Shown here one piece after another: positions 46,228-58,026 of a stretch of DNA of 64,000 nt. The position numbers and the translations under genes were made by a program. The notes beneath the pieces were generated by a model. That model searched no databases and was not told where the DNA came from. It worked only from the letters and a program-made list of their open reading frames with translations. Origin of the DNA: an uncultured Nitrososphaeraceae archaeon (lineage in GTDB: Archaea; Thermoproteota; Nitrososphaeria; Nitrososphaerales; Nitrososphaeraceae); NCBI GenBank assembly GCA_963825865.1, contig CAWGVG010000026.1:32001-96000 (forward strand). Direction: 5' to 3'. The first letter of the stretch is position 1; each line of letters starts with the position of its first letter.

Positions 46228-46949
46228 AAAATATTGAAAAAATGAAGCTTCTAATAAACTGTAAGGATATTCATTGTAATGCATAAAGATATCCTTCACG
46301 AAGATATCAATAAAGCTTAACATGAATGATGACAAATATATAATTTCAAGTTTTAAGGTTGTTAATAACAGTCCATTGTAAAAACTAATTGCAGCATAAT
46401 ACATATAACTAATAAAGATTACTCGATGCTATTCAGAATGATGAAAAGTCATAATAGTAGCAGATGGTGAATCAGATTTTTAATTTAATGTATGTATGCA
46501 AGTTAGTCTGTTAATATGTTAATGTATGGGAAGAGTAGTGTGTGCGAAGGTGGAATTAAGATGTGCTTAAGTTCGTACTTGTAGGTCCTAGTCGTTTTGG
46601 ATTAGTAGATCCCCTTTATGCCGCTGCTATCTCTTTAGATCAAATAACTTGCAACTTGCGATTTGTAATTCGATTTTGAAAGCGTAATCGAAATTGAAGT
46701 GATGAACGGTTGAGGAGATAGGAGAAACTACTCATAAAGTTTAGAAACAAATGGAAAAAGAAGAACGAAATTTTCAAGAATCTTCAGTAGAAAATTTGTT
46801 ATTCGTGGTTCAAAATATGGCTATTCACATGCTTAGGGGTTTCGGATAGAAAAAGATATCAAAAATTTTCAAGGGGAATATATCTATTGAAGAAAACGAT
46901 AGCAACCATAATGTGTAGTAATGCAGGGAAAGCATTACTACAGAAACAT

Positions 46950-46983
46950 TTCTTTTTTTACTACTACCACAACCTTTTTTCTT
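46950..46983 (+). repeat. identical copy of the 34-bp T-rich element at 40368
   Basis: Read directly. Confidence 0.8.
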
Positions 46984-47149
46984 TTTTTGCCAGTTCAGCA
47001 AAATTGAAATTTTTCTGCAATTACTAGGATCATATTGTCATAATTAATTTACTATATTTAGTGTTGTGTTACGGATTATTAGTAACATATATGAATCATT
47101 CTAATTTTCCTTCAGTAAGTGTGATAATGATGGAAAAACAATAAAAATA

Positions 47150-47550
47150 ACATGGCGAGGAGAGATTTGAGGAAAAGAACTGACAGGTAAACGATCGAAC
47201 ACCATGATTAGTGATGGGCAAGAAACTTTAATGATTCATTTAACAAGGAATTTTATACAAATACAACGCCGAGTACTAGACATATCTCTCATATTCGATT
47301 ACAAGGCGACCATAACAACAATAAGATGAGATTCAATGGCGAGGTCAGGTATAGAGAAAAAGTAATGCGCGGCCTAAAGAGGAAATATACATCAATACTA
47401 ACAGGTTACCAAATTTATCATAACTATATACGACCACATGAAGGATTAAACGGCAAGACACCAGCAGATGCTAGCGGGATTAAAATTGAAGGTTAGAATA
47501 AGTGGATTACAATAATTCAGAACGCCGAAAGGAACGTAAAAACATGATGA
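47150..47550 (+). mobile_element. IS6-like/DDE integrase-type transposase C-terminal remnant
   Basis: MISDG, NNNKM.RFNGEVR.REKVMRGLK, YHNYIRPHEGLNGKTPA, NKWITIIQNA; frameshifted; boundaries approximate. Confidence 0.8.
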
Positions 47551-47692
47551 GATATTGTTCAAAATGTCAAGGTGGAGTCATGGAAGATGAGACTCAGACA
47601 ATTCCTAAACAAATTCCACTACCAATTCTCTACACGGTCTATATCTGCACTACGTGTGTGGTAATCTAGAGCTATTCCTGAGTTAACCAAAA

Positions 47693-47950
47693 CTAACTAA
47701 TTTGTTCCATTGATAATTCATGCCAATTGTTTGTAACGTGAATTTTGAATATACCCTCAACATATTCTCCATTTTCATTTCTCACTAATAATTTAAAATG
47801 TGCATCACCAATGCTAAAACCATCCTCAGCAAAGGAAATATTAGGTGGAGCAATATTGTTAAAAGAATTTAAAGTACATATTTTTGCATATATTTTATCA
47901 CGCCTAACATTCTTAATTATGCTCTCGGTACCTCTTACAATGTAGGCCAT
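47693..47950 (-). CDS. hypothetical protein
   Basis: 85-aa ORF only. Confidence 0.4.
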   Translation of the reverse strand: MAYIVRGTESIIKNVRRDKIYAKICTLNSFNNIAPPNISFAEDGFSIGDAHFKLLVRNENGEYVEGIFKIHVTNNWHELSMEQIS

Positions 47951-48057
47951 GCCACCTACCTGACAGCATGTAGTGAGATAATTATATTGGAAGTGTAAGC
48001 TTATTGTTTACGGAGAATCAATCTCAACCTCATAAACCCATACATATATACAGTTAC

Positions 48058-48783
48058 TCATCGAGTAGCTGAAGATCCACCCTGTGTAAATACGTATATA
48101 CAGTTGCTTGCCTTAGTATCTCCCTCAGATGGATTAAAGTCTAGTACCAGAGCAGATTGTGATGTGCCACCAGTTCTTGTATTTGCACCACAGTTAAAAT
48201 AATCTTTACCAGATCCTCCTATTAAAGTATCAGAAGAAGCTCCTGCATATAGCTGATCGTTTCCAGGCCCACCAACAAGAGTATTTGTTCCAGTTCCGCC
48301 AAAGAGGAGATCATCTCCTTCTCCACCAATAACTAGAGCATTTCCAGCTCCGCCATTAATTTCATCATTTCCATCTCCACCATATAACTTAGTAGCGCCT
48401 GATCCTCCTGTTATAACATCGTCACCCTTTAGACCATATATAATAGAGTCAGTTACCGACACGCCAATAATGATGTCATCTTTGTCTGTGCCGATTATTA
48501 GCGGGCAACTGCTGGCACACGAAGGTCCTGTTATCAGATTTTTTGGAATATCGCTGCCTTTTATTGCATTAGAAGGAAGAGGGAAATTTTGATTAGGTGG
48601 TGTTATCAAATGATTTGGAATAGATAGCCTGTTACCAAGCCCTAAACGGTGGTCTTTGCTTCCTCCTGCATTCGCTAACGGTAGCAGTGCTAAATTAGAA
48701 GAGAGCATTAATATCAATATTAGCATACTAATTATGCCAATTGATCCGGACAATGTAAAGCTATTTTTCCTTAAAGAAGACAA
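48058..48783 (-). CDS. secreted RTX/hemolysin-type Ca-binding repeat protein
   Basis: Signal peptide; repeated GGxGxD nonapeptides (YGGDGNDEI, GGEGDDLL, GGPGNDQL, GGSGKDYF). Confidence 0.85.
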   Translation of the reverse strand: MSSLRKNSFTLSGSIGIISMLILILMLSSNLALLPLANAGGSKDHRLGLGNRLSIPNHLITPPNQNFPLPSNAIKGSDIPKNLITGPSCASSCPLIIGTDKDDIIIGVSVTDSIIYGLKGDDVITGGSGATKLYGGDGNDEINGGAGNALVIGGEGDDLLFGGTGTNTLVGGPGNDQLYAGASSDTLIGGSGKDYFNCGANTRTGGTSQSALVLDFNPSEGDTKASNCIYVFTQGGSSATR

Positions 48784-48917
48784 TGTTTATAAATATCTAT
48801 ATCTTCTTTGGGCATTTAAGGCTTCATAGAAAAATTTCTGTTTCTTGTTATACTATAATCGATGATAGATAAATCAACTACGCCGTGTTTACAAAAATAA
48901 TAGTATGAGCGACCAAC

Positions 48918-48941
48918 AATAATAATAATAATAATAATAAT
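48918..48941. repeat. (AAT)8 microsatellite
   Basis: Read directly. Confidence 0.8.
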
Positions 48942-49415
48942 GGTAACTATAATATGTTCCTAATATTTTTGACAGGCTTCTCTACAAGCTATTTTTTCCA
49001 ACCAAACGTCGGATTGGACCCGAGTAATAACGAATTGAACGAATCGACAACCTTTATGATTTAGTGTAAAAACGTAAATTTGGAGACTATAAAAAGAAAC
49101 AAACTATAATATCACCTATAGCTAAGAACGATCGATACAAACAAGGCAACAGATGACAATGATAGTGACTGAATAGAAAACTATCAGAGAGAATGTTGAT
49201 TGCAGACTGATTTTAGGTGTTGACTTATAACATAATAAGATTTAATGTAATTTGAAATTATTATTATTGGAAATAAGTTCTCGGTTCAAATGCGGCTATT
49301 AACACATGGCATCGGAAGTGCAAGCTAAACCGATATCAAAGTAAATCCAGATGGTGTGCGCATACGCATTCATTCATATTAGGATTCAAGCCAACGAATT
49401 CTAGAATATTACAAT

Positions 49416-49685
49416 ATGAGTTACGGAAGAACAGACAGCGGCGGTAGTTACGGGGGCGGCGGCGGTTATGGCGGAAGAGGAAGAGGATTTAACAGCTCTG
49501 GTCCTAAACCTGTTGAAGTTGGAAAAGAATATGACGTGCAAGTTACAGAAACAAGTAACAGGGGCGATGGTATTGCCCGAATACAAGGATTTGTTATTTT
49601 TGTTAGAAATGGAAAAGCAGGAGATAATGTAAAGATCAAGGTTAATTCTGTAGGTAGTAGGTTTGCTATAGCTGAGATTGTCTAA
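49416..49685 (+). CDS. stand-alone TRAM domain RNA chaperone (archaeal cold-shock-like) with Gly/Arg-rich N-terminus
   Basis: PKPVEVGKEYDV...RGDGIARIQGFVIFV...GDNVKIKV..V..RFAIAE. Confidence 0.92.
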   Translation: MSYGRTDSGGSYGGGGGYGGRGRGFNSSGPKPVEVGKEYDVQVTETSNRGDGIARIQGFVIFVRNGKAGDNVKIKVNSVGSRFAIAEIV

Positions 49686-50128
49686 ACAGAGAAGAATAAA
49701 AGAGACAACCTTTTCAAAGGATATTTTTATTTCTTTTATTAGTGCTAACAGGATTTAGAGCACTGGATGATGATTAGGATTTTAAAACAACTGTCACACA
49801 TGCCGATACTTCACATGCTTGCTTGCTTCACGAGGACAAAAAAAGAAAGAAAGGTTACGTTACACTAGATTATAGTCGAGGCGGCGGCTGCTGGCCTTGA
49901 TAATTGGTTGCCCTTGTATTTTACCGTCAGTAAATTTCTGCTTACTTACTTGCTTGCTTGCGTATTCACAACATACATTTTCTTCCTAGCAACAACGAGT
50001 AGTTTGCATTCTCATATGTTGCTGAAAATAGTAATATATATTTATATAATATGTGCTCAAAATTGTGCTCTTTAGAGAACAGTAATAGCCAACGTGTATA
50101 AGGAAGAATCAAGAAGGCATATCATAGT

Positions 50129-52388
50129 ATGACTACTAAAGATAACAGTAATAATAATAATAGTAATAATTATCTGTCAATAAAGATACTTGAAGCTTAC
50201 AGTAGGGATGTAGGCCGCGGCGTTGCTCGAATTGATTACGAGTCTATGGATTCTTTGAGTGCATCTACAGGTGACGTTATTGAGATTAAAGGTAACAAGC
50301 GTCGAACAGTTGCCAAGTGTTTGCCACTTTACCCTTCAGATGAAGGAAAAGGCATAATCAGAGTTGATGGGCTTGTCAGGAATAATGCCGGCGTCGCTAT
50401 AGGGGATACTACCGTGGTAAGAAAAATCAAGGCAGTCCCCGCCGAGAAAGTTACAGTTGCGCCGTTAGAGGCAATACCTTCTGTCGATGAGAGGTATTTA
50501 GCCGATGCTCTTGAGAGCGTTCCCCTTATCAAAGGAGACAATGTCATGGCTCCGTACTTTGGTGGGAGACTTGCATTTCAAGTTATAAATGTGACGCCAC
50601 CTCCGTCGGCTGTTGGTGCTAGTGCTAGTGCTGAGGCTTTCATGGTTACCACGAAGACGGTATTTCATATAACCGATAAAGATCAAGCGTCAGGGCACGG
50701 AGTTCCGCAAATTGCATACGAAGATATCGGCGGATTAAAAGAGGAAATCCAAAAAGTTAGAGAAATGATTGAACTTCCATTAAGACATCCAGAGATATTT
50801 GAAAAGCTGGGTATTGAAGCACCAAAAGGAGTGCTGCTCCATGGTGCTCCGGGCACGGGCAAAACCCTACTTGCAAAGGCAGTAGCCAATGAAAGCGACG
50901 CTCATTTCATTAGCATCTCTGGACCTGAAATAATGAGCAAGTTCTATGGTGAATCAGAAGCACGTTTGAGAGAAATATTCAGAGAAGCAAAGGAGAAGGC
51001 GCCATCCATCATGTTTGTTGACGAAATTGATTCTATCGCTCCAAAGAGGGAAGAAGTAATGGGCGAAGTCGAAAGGAGGGTAGTGTCCCAGTTATTATCT
51101 TTGATGGACGGTTTAGAGGGAAGGGGTAAAGTCATTGTAATTGCTGCCACGAACCGGCCAAACGCACTTGATCCGGCATTGCGACGTCCAGGGAGATTCG
51201 ATAGAGAAATAGAGATCAAGGTGCCTGATAAACGCGGCCGATTGGAGATATTGCAAATCCACACACGCAACATGCCGCTGAGCACTGATGTCGATCAGGA
51301 AAGAATAGCCGCAGTAACCCATGGTTTTGTAGGTGCAGATTTAGAATACTTATGCAAAGAGGCAGCCATGAAATGTTTGAGAAGGCTGCTGCCCGAACTT
51401 AATTTAGAAGATGAGAAGCTTGCCCCAGAGGTATTGGATAAATTGATTATAGTCAGAACTGATTTTGAGGGTGCTATAAGAGATGTTATGCCGTCTGCCA
51501 TGAGAGAAGTCTATTTAGAGCCACCTGATGTTAGTTGGGAAGACATAGGAGGTTTGGACGAAGTTAAGCGTCAATTACAGGAAGCAGTGGAGTGGCCTAT
51601 GCGTTATCCAAATCTGTACAAGGAGCTGGGACATATGATTCCAAAAGGAATCCTGTTGCATGGACCTTCAGGAACTGGTAAGACCATGCTTGCAAAAGCT
51701 GTAGCTACAGGATCTGAAGCCAATTTCATCAGCGTAAAGGGCCCAGAATTAATGTCAAAATGGGTGGGCGAATCTGAGAAAGGCATTAGAGAAATTTTTA
51801 GGAAAGCAAGGCAAGCCTCTCCATGTGTGATATTTTTTGACGAAATTGATTCTATCGCCCCTATGAGAGGAGGAGGGGCAGCAGGGATGGGAGAAGGAGG
51901 AGGATGGGTAAATACCGGTACAGAAAGGATGATTTCCCAGCTTCTGACTGAGCTGGATGGCATACAGGAGACTGCACGGAGTAATTGTGCTGGCTGCAAC
52001 CAATAGGGTTGACATGATAGATACGGCGCTAATAAGGCCTGGAAGATTTGACAAAATCGTGTTTGTGCCCAAGCCTGATATAAGTACAAGGCAAAAGATT
52101 CTAGAAATATGTGCAAAAGGTAAACCTATAGACAAACACATGAACATGAAAGCAATTGCAGAGATTACAGAAGGGTTTAGCGGCGCTGACGTATCTGCAA
52201 TTGTTAATTCCGCAATTTCTTTGGTATTGCACGAATATTTACAGAGGTATCCTACACCAGAAGAGGCAGCAAAACACGCTTCTGAGGCGATTGTTTCGCC
52301 ACACCACTTTGAAGAAGCGGTCAAGAAGATAAAGACACAAAGGGATATGAAGCCATTAGAGAAGGCGAATTTATCACAATACAGGTAA
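50129..52388 (+). CDS. cdc48: CDC48/VCP AAA+ ATPase (1-bp frameshift near 51971)
   Basis: N-domain [10 protein letters not shown]; two AAA modules ([16 protein letters not shown]; RPGRFD twice); continues in ORF 51957-52388. Confidence 0.95.
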
Positions 52389-52690
52389 AAAATAATGGAG
52401 CCAAAAAAATGTTGATATGGCATTTGTGTCGTCCACTTTATCCTGAACAGATTAAGATAATAATATATATATATATATATGTATAAATAAATAAAAATAT
52501 ATGATGCACAGGTTACCACAGCCAACACCACCAGCATGTGAGTACAAGGTTTCGTAAAAAAAAGTAATTAGGAATGCAAAGTCGAAATACTATTGGCTCA
52601 AAGATGTTCCTTGTTCCATGTATAAGTATATGGCACTACTGTTTACAAGTTAAGTTATATATCCCCTTTGGTAATGTTAATTGATCTTTT

Positions 52691-53029
52691 TTGACACAAA
52701 ATAGTTTTCCGATGAGAGAGTGGCATATTGAGCACATGAAAAAAACAATTGAAAAATATATAATTGGATTATCTGAAAGTGCTACAAAGTATCAGAAACG
52801 ATTGCATAAACGGTACGGAAATTTGACTAGTGTTTGTAGGCAAATAAATTACGACGTCAAACATGGAGTCACAAATGAACAAGTTCTTCTGCTATTACAA
52901 AAAATTCGAAATGATTCTTCTTATTCCAGCATGCTTAAGGATATAAATGGGTCTTTGGAAAGGCTAAATGAGATAGAAAAACATTTTCTGCCATCTGAAC
53001 AAGAAAATAGAGGGTATCGTTTTAATTAA
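52691..53029 (+). CDS. hypothetical protein
   Basis: 112-aa ORF; TTATATA TATA about 30 bp upstream. Confidence 0.65.
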   Translation: MTQNSFPMREWHIEHMKKTIEKYIIGLSESATKYQKRLHKRYGNLTSVCRQINYDVKHGVTNEQVLLLLQKIRNDSSYSSMLKDINGSLERLNEIEKHFLPSEQENRGYRFN

Positions 53030-53220
53030 TGATGTACCTAGAATGGTTTAAGAATAGTTGTTGTTGCTAGATGGCTTTAAAAACTTTAGAAAAGGAATTG
53101 ACCTGTAAGGGCGTAAATGCGTTAATTACTGAAAGAAATGTATCTCACTACAGAACAGTTTAGCATAACAAAGGATAATTTCCCTTATTATGCGACGCAT
53201 TCAAGACTAGGGTAATAATT

Positions 53221-53385
53221 ATGGATAGCGAATCTGATTTGTTTCTCAGATGTCTAAAGTGCCAACACCAGAAGGTTGATCATGACCGGAACTCTACTGG
53301 AGATAAAATGAAATGTTTGATTGGCGAATGTAAATGTAAAAAGTATATTCCAGATAGAAAGTACTATAGGGCGAGCAGAAAGTAA
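53221..53385 (+). CDS. small Cys/His-rich metal-binding protein (54 aa)
   Basis: CLKCQHQKVDH...KCLIGECKCKKY; followed by a T-run; below ORF track cut-off. Confidence 0.6.
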   Translation: MDSESDLFLRCLKCQHQKVDHDRNSTGDKMKCLIGECKCKKYIPDRKYYRASRK

Positions 53386-53643
53386 TTTCTTTTTTTATGC
53401 ATACAATTTATGGTTTTGTTTGTAATAATTTGATAAGTTGTCTGCTTTTATTAATGATAGAACTACTACCTTTAGTCCTTCTTTAGGTAAATTTCAACAA
53501 AGGGATGGGATCAGATGAAGCGTTGTGACCTCATATGATAATCGTTAGCTTTTGTATTTACGCTTTCTATCTGTGCTAACAGTGCAATGCGTTGTCCGCA
53601 ATTGATTATAGATATGCAGGTATTACTAACATTATCCTTATTA

Positions 53644-54556
53644 CTATTTAATCGCTAACTTATTCAGAGCCCTTGATATATTTCTGATAGTTACTTCTGT
53701 TACTCCAGCAGTTTTTGCAAATATGGTCTGTGCTATGTTTTCCTCTCCCGTTAGGGAGCATGACAAGTAAAGTACAGTTGCCGCAAGCCCCATCGGATTT
53801 TTTCCAGCAGATATTCCTCCTCTCTTAGTAATATCAGACATTATGTCAATTGCTTTGCGTTTGGTTTTTTCACTCACATCAACTTTATTTGCAATGCGTG
53901 TAATGCATTTCATAGGCTCAACTATTGGAATTTTAAGGTCAAGTTCGACAACGAGGCGCCTGTAATTCCTTGTTATATCTTTACGTTTGAGATTGCTAGT
54001 CTCAACAATGTCTCTTAATATTCTTGGACTTTCCATTTCTCTGCATGCAATATACACCGTAGCTGCTAACACCGAATGTATTTCCCTTCCGCGTACTAAA
54101 CCTCTTTCTTGAGCTTTTCTGTAGATATATGCAGTCTTTTCAACTGCTGCATCTGACAATCCAAGTTTATCCTTGAGCCTCTCAAGCTGATTAAATGCCT
54201 GGCTAAGATTTCTATCCGTAGAAGTATATGCCTGGGTTCTATAATCCCAAGTTCTTAATCTTCCCATAGTAGAACGTATCAATGCATCTAGCTTCTGTCC
54301 TTTAGCATCTTTGTCTGTGTTACCAATAACTGTATAAAGTCCCATATCATGGCGCGCAAGGGATCGAAATCTACTACTATTATTGCCGGTAGCATGACTA
54401 CCATCTGCAAAATTGCGCCATTCAGCTCCAGTCTGTTCAGCTTTATCAGAAATTACCATACCGCAGTCTGCTACAGATGACTTCACCTGAGGCAGGGTCC
54501 GTCACTATCTTACTACTACGAGCTTTACACAATATGCATGTAATAGGAGCTAGCAT
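53644..54556 (-). CDS. tfb: transcription initiation factor IIB (frameshifts in Zn-ribbon region)
   Basis: CILCK...DPASGEVIC/DCGMVI, AEWRNF, HDMGL, YIYRKAQERGLVRGR, GKNPMGLAA, GVTEVTIRN. Confidence 0.92.
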
Positions 54557-55193
54557 GAAAGAGAAACCATGAATTGTTGTTACAATTCAAGATATAAACG
54601 TGTAGCGGATTAGAATTACAATACATTATTGCAGATTAGTAGTTTAAACTGTTCTTCTTACGTCAATTTATTGTGTCTAGCTATGCTAGTGTTATGATTA
54701 TGGCCCTGGGAAGAAACACAACAAAGTGCCCTGGTTAGTACCAACTAATGGTACACACACACAAATTACTCGCTCTTGACTGCGCCCCTCAAAGAGAAAT
54801 GTGGATTACAAGAGGGTAGAGAAGCATCTGGGTAGCGGGCAGTTTGAAAGGGAGTTAGGGTGATAGTGTAAAAATTACAATAGCAATAATAGCGAGATAT
54901 GCATCAACAACAAGACAGAGAAAAGGAAGAAATTTAGCTATCTAAAGCTAATATAAATATAAAGTTATAATTTTGAAACCTCTATTTTAGATCATATCGA
55001 TCAACCTTATTTTATTTTAAAAAATAACTGTTCAGAATCATCGTCAGATAAATCAATGGTTGCTCAAAAGAAGAAACTTCCGTACCTCCCATAGACAGCG
55101 AATTAATACATCATCCTAACCGCTTGAGGAACCATCGTGATGATAATGTCAAAGGTTTAGCCGTATTTTGTTATCTTGTATAAGATGAATTTT

Positions 55194-55892
55194 TTAAATT
55201 CCTGCCAATGGCTGTTCTCCATGGGGAGGCGAAAACTCAATTGTTACTTTAAAATTACTTGGTGTTTTGGCTTCAGTGATGGTTAGAGTTATTTGCTTGC
55301 CTTTGTGTTCAGCCAATGTAGCTACTACAGAATATGATGTATTCTTATTAATGCTAATATTTCCAGTCAGAGGGAATTGTGCATTATCTGCGTCTGAATT
55401 GGCCGTAGGTTTAACAGAACCTTTTAAATTTCCTGTTAACAAATATTTGTCATTCAAACTATGTAATATAAGAGCAAGTGTATTATTTGCTTGAATTTTG
55501 TTTATTGTTAAAGTGGTTGGTCTAGCAGGTAATGTCTTACCATCGCTCAAAGTAATATCATTTGATGATGATGCTGAAGAATCAAAGGTTTGAGGAAAAA
55601 GCGTATCATCTGCAAAACTTGTGAGATGAAACAATGTTATAGCAATAGTATCAGCTTTGTCGTGGTAATCACTAATGCCGCCGCCATTATGATCAAGTAC
55701 AACAACGTTGTTATGAAAGTCTTTGCTTTGAATTAAAGGACTATTTCTGTTATCGCTTGCAAACGCATTATTGTTTATTACGAAGAATGAAACACTAAAA
55801 ATACTAACAATGGAAACACCTACACAAACCAATGAGTAAGACAATCTGTTGTTATTCATGTTCATGTTAATTCTTTTGGTATAATACATCAA
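55194..55892 (-). CDS. secreted hypothetical protein
   Basis: Signal peptide ending AFA; beta-rich mature region. Confidence 0.6.
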   Translation of the reverse strand: MMYYTKRINMNMNNNRLSYSLVCVGVSIVSIFSVSFFVINNNAFASDNRNSPLIQSKDFHNNVVVLDHNGGGISDYHDKADTIAITLFHLTSFADDTLFPQTFDSSASSSNDITLSDGKTLPARPTTLTINKIQANNTLALILHSLNDKYLLTGNLKGSVKPTANSDADNAQFPLTGNISINKNTSYSVVATLAEHKGKQITLTITEAKTPSNFKVTIEFSPPHGEQPLAGI

Positions 55893-56300
55893 TATTTATA
55901 TGTTAACGGTGTCAGATTAACCGTATTTAGATATAATGCAGATAGTGTCATCACATTAAGCAGCAATTATATCAACGCATGATTATTGTGATTTTATCAC
56001 AGGCAAGGGGACCCCGCAAGAGAAAGTGGATTTGATTACACAGTTCTTATTTTTGCAGTCCCTAGTTTCTTCTATGCCTGCAAATTCTATATCGCTTTAA
56101 TTCAGCGATTTCGGGAGATTAACAATGAAAACAATCATCACGAATTTAGGATATCTTAGTTGTTAAAATATGTTATAAAATATCTTTTAAAAAAAAGCAA
56201 CTTAACAATCTTATAAAAAAATTCTGTAATCACTTATTCGAATTTACTTTTATAATACAAGTTACAAACTTTTAAATCTAATACAAAGTTTGTTGGTCTG

Positions 56301-56537
56301 ATGTTTAACAAACATGAGGCAGTGCTATCTGCAATGGTGGTTTCAGTTCTACTTGTTGCATCATTCTTTGCTATCAGCTTTGTACAACAAGCATTAGCAC
56401 AAGGAGGCAACATGTCTAGTTCTGGTGGCGGCAATGCGACTAGTGCAGGCAGCAACATGAGTAGCCCATCAACCGGTACATCTGGTGGCGGCCCTGCTAC
56501 AAGCGGCGGCCAGACGACTGGCGGCGGTGGCTACTGA
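56301..56537 (+). CDS. small secreted Gly/Ser/Thr-rich protein
   Basis: Signal peptide ending ALA-Q; GGNMSSSGGGNATS...GGGGY; TTTAAA TATA about 25 bp upstream. Confidence 0.7.
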   Translation: MFNKHEAVLSAMVVSVLLVASFFAISFVQQALAQGGNMSSSGGGNATSAGSNMSSPSTGTSGGGPATSGGQTTGGGGY

Positions 56538-57964
56538 TCCGATAAATAAATAAATTAAGAAACACCTCTATTTTTTTGTTGTTTATAATATGTTTTGTTC
56601 ACTTAGCAAAGCTCTCATTAAGCGTATCTACAAGCCGATTAAACCATGTTTGTGTAGTGTGTTGCAGTTTACAACTATCTCTTTTGGCATTGAAAATAGT
56701 TATCAAATCTTTCAGTTCTAACTCTTACATACTGAACAGTTCGCCCTGTGATTTTTTCACAAGAAATGGTAGATGGATACAGAAAGAGAAAGTGTATCCG
56801 CAATCCGAGGAGCAGTTTCAGCCATGACGTACCGTGTAGATACAGCTAGTTTGATTTGGTCTAATTTGACTGACACGCAGACAGACAAAAAGATTACAAA
56901 ATGATAGAGTGAAATTAAAGATTAATGAACTATCTTTACGGACAAAAGGGAATGAAATTAAAAGGATTTTTTAGATTTGAAAGCAAAGTTACTGTAAATA
57001 AAAGAGAACAAAAAAAGAGCAAAGCAACATCATTATGCGGAAGGATTATGGTAGAGTATCTAGGTAAAAGAATCTCAGGTACTGCTTTTTAATAATTAAA
57101 TAGGCATGTCAATCTGTGGAAACCATTATAAAATATCTTGTTAGGAAATTAACGGTACAAAATTAAACTGTATTGTATTTAATTTTTTAATAATCAGCTA
57201 TCCTAATGATCTGCTAATAGTAGAGGAGATCCAATAAGAGTTCTTTAAAGCAGCAGAATATTGAGACTTCAACCAATATTTGCTGTTGCTATCACTCTGT
57301 ATGACATTTCTCCTCTACTATTACTCCCCAACCAACGGAGACTTGTAAGTAACCTTATCAGTTATCCTATAGTAGCATCTAACTTAGCTTATGTCTCTCA
57401 GTCAATTGTTCCAAGCCCAAACTCTGGGACATATTTCATTCCACCTGTCCCTACGTATATCGGTTCATTTTTTGAACGGCCTCGACCTTTATCATAAAAT
57501 GTCTTGCCACAGACATTGTGCTTATGGAGAACTTCATTTAGCTCTCCGACGCGTTCATGAGGGACTATCATACGCATACCACTTACAGAATGTCCATGAT
57601 ATTATAATGTCAAAGGGAACTGAATAGAGATGCAGGATGTTTTTATGAAAATATAAGATAGTAAATTGGAACTAATAGGCGAGTACAAAAGTGATTCACA
57701 GGAAAACTAATTTCAAAAATTGTTATCTATTGCTTCTTCTATAATTTGCAATTAAAAAAGAAGTATACTACCAAAAAATGCAGGATATGTTGAAGCCTAT
57801 TTTTTCATTTCTTTCTTTAAAAAAATTATATACCCATGAAGTCCTTTAGGGAAATCTTAACGAAAGCGTATGCGACATTATTTAATAAATACAAAAATGG
57901 TTCTGGTAATAACTTGTTGGGTTCTCTAAAAGGGGTTTTAATTATCGGGTCATAAACTTATATT

Positions 57965-58022
57965 TATAAAAAAAATAGAATGGGATTTATACCCATCGCA
58001 GTAGCTATAGTGACTACTATAG
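57965..58022 (-). terminator. hairpin plus U-run terminator of the 58027-58233 gene
   Basis: Minus strand ATGGG-TATAAAT-CCCAT followed by a T8 run; CTATAG..CTATAG dyad nearby. Confidence 0.5.
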
Positions 58023-58026
58023 TCCG

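Noticed and set aside
49810-49962. (TTGC)n/(TTAC)n tetranucleotide runs upstream of cdc48, and (AT)n at 52462-52480
   Set aside because: Short low-complexity microsatellites with no evidence of function.
50329-52537. Multiple antisense ORFs over cdc48, and similar shadow ORFs over the ABC, ZIP, CA and HdeD genes
   Set aside because: Shadow frames opposite well-supported genes, with no motifs of their own.
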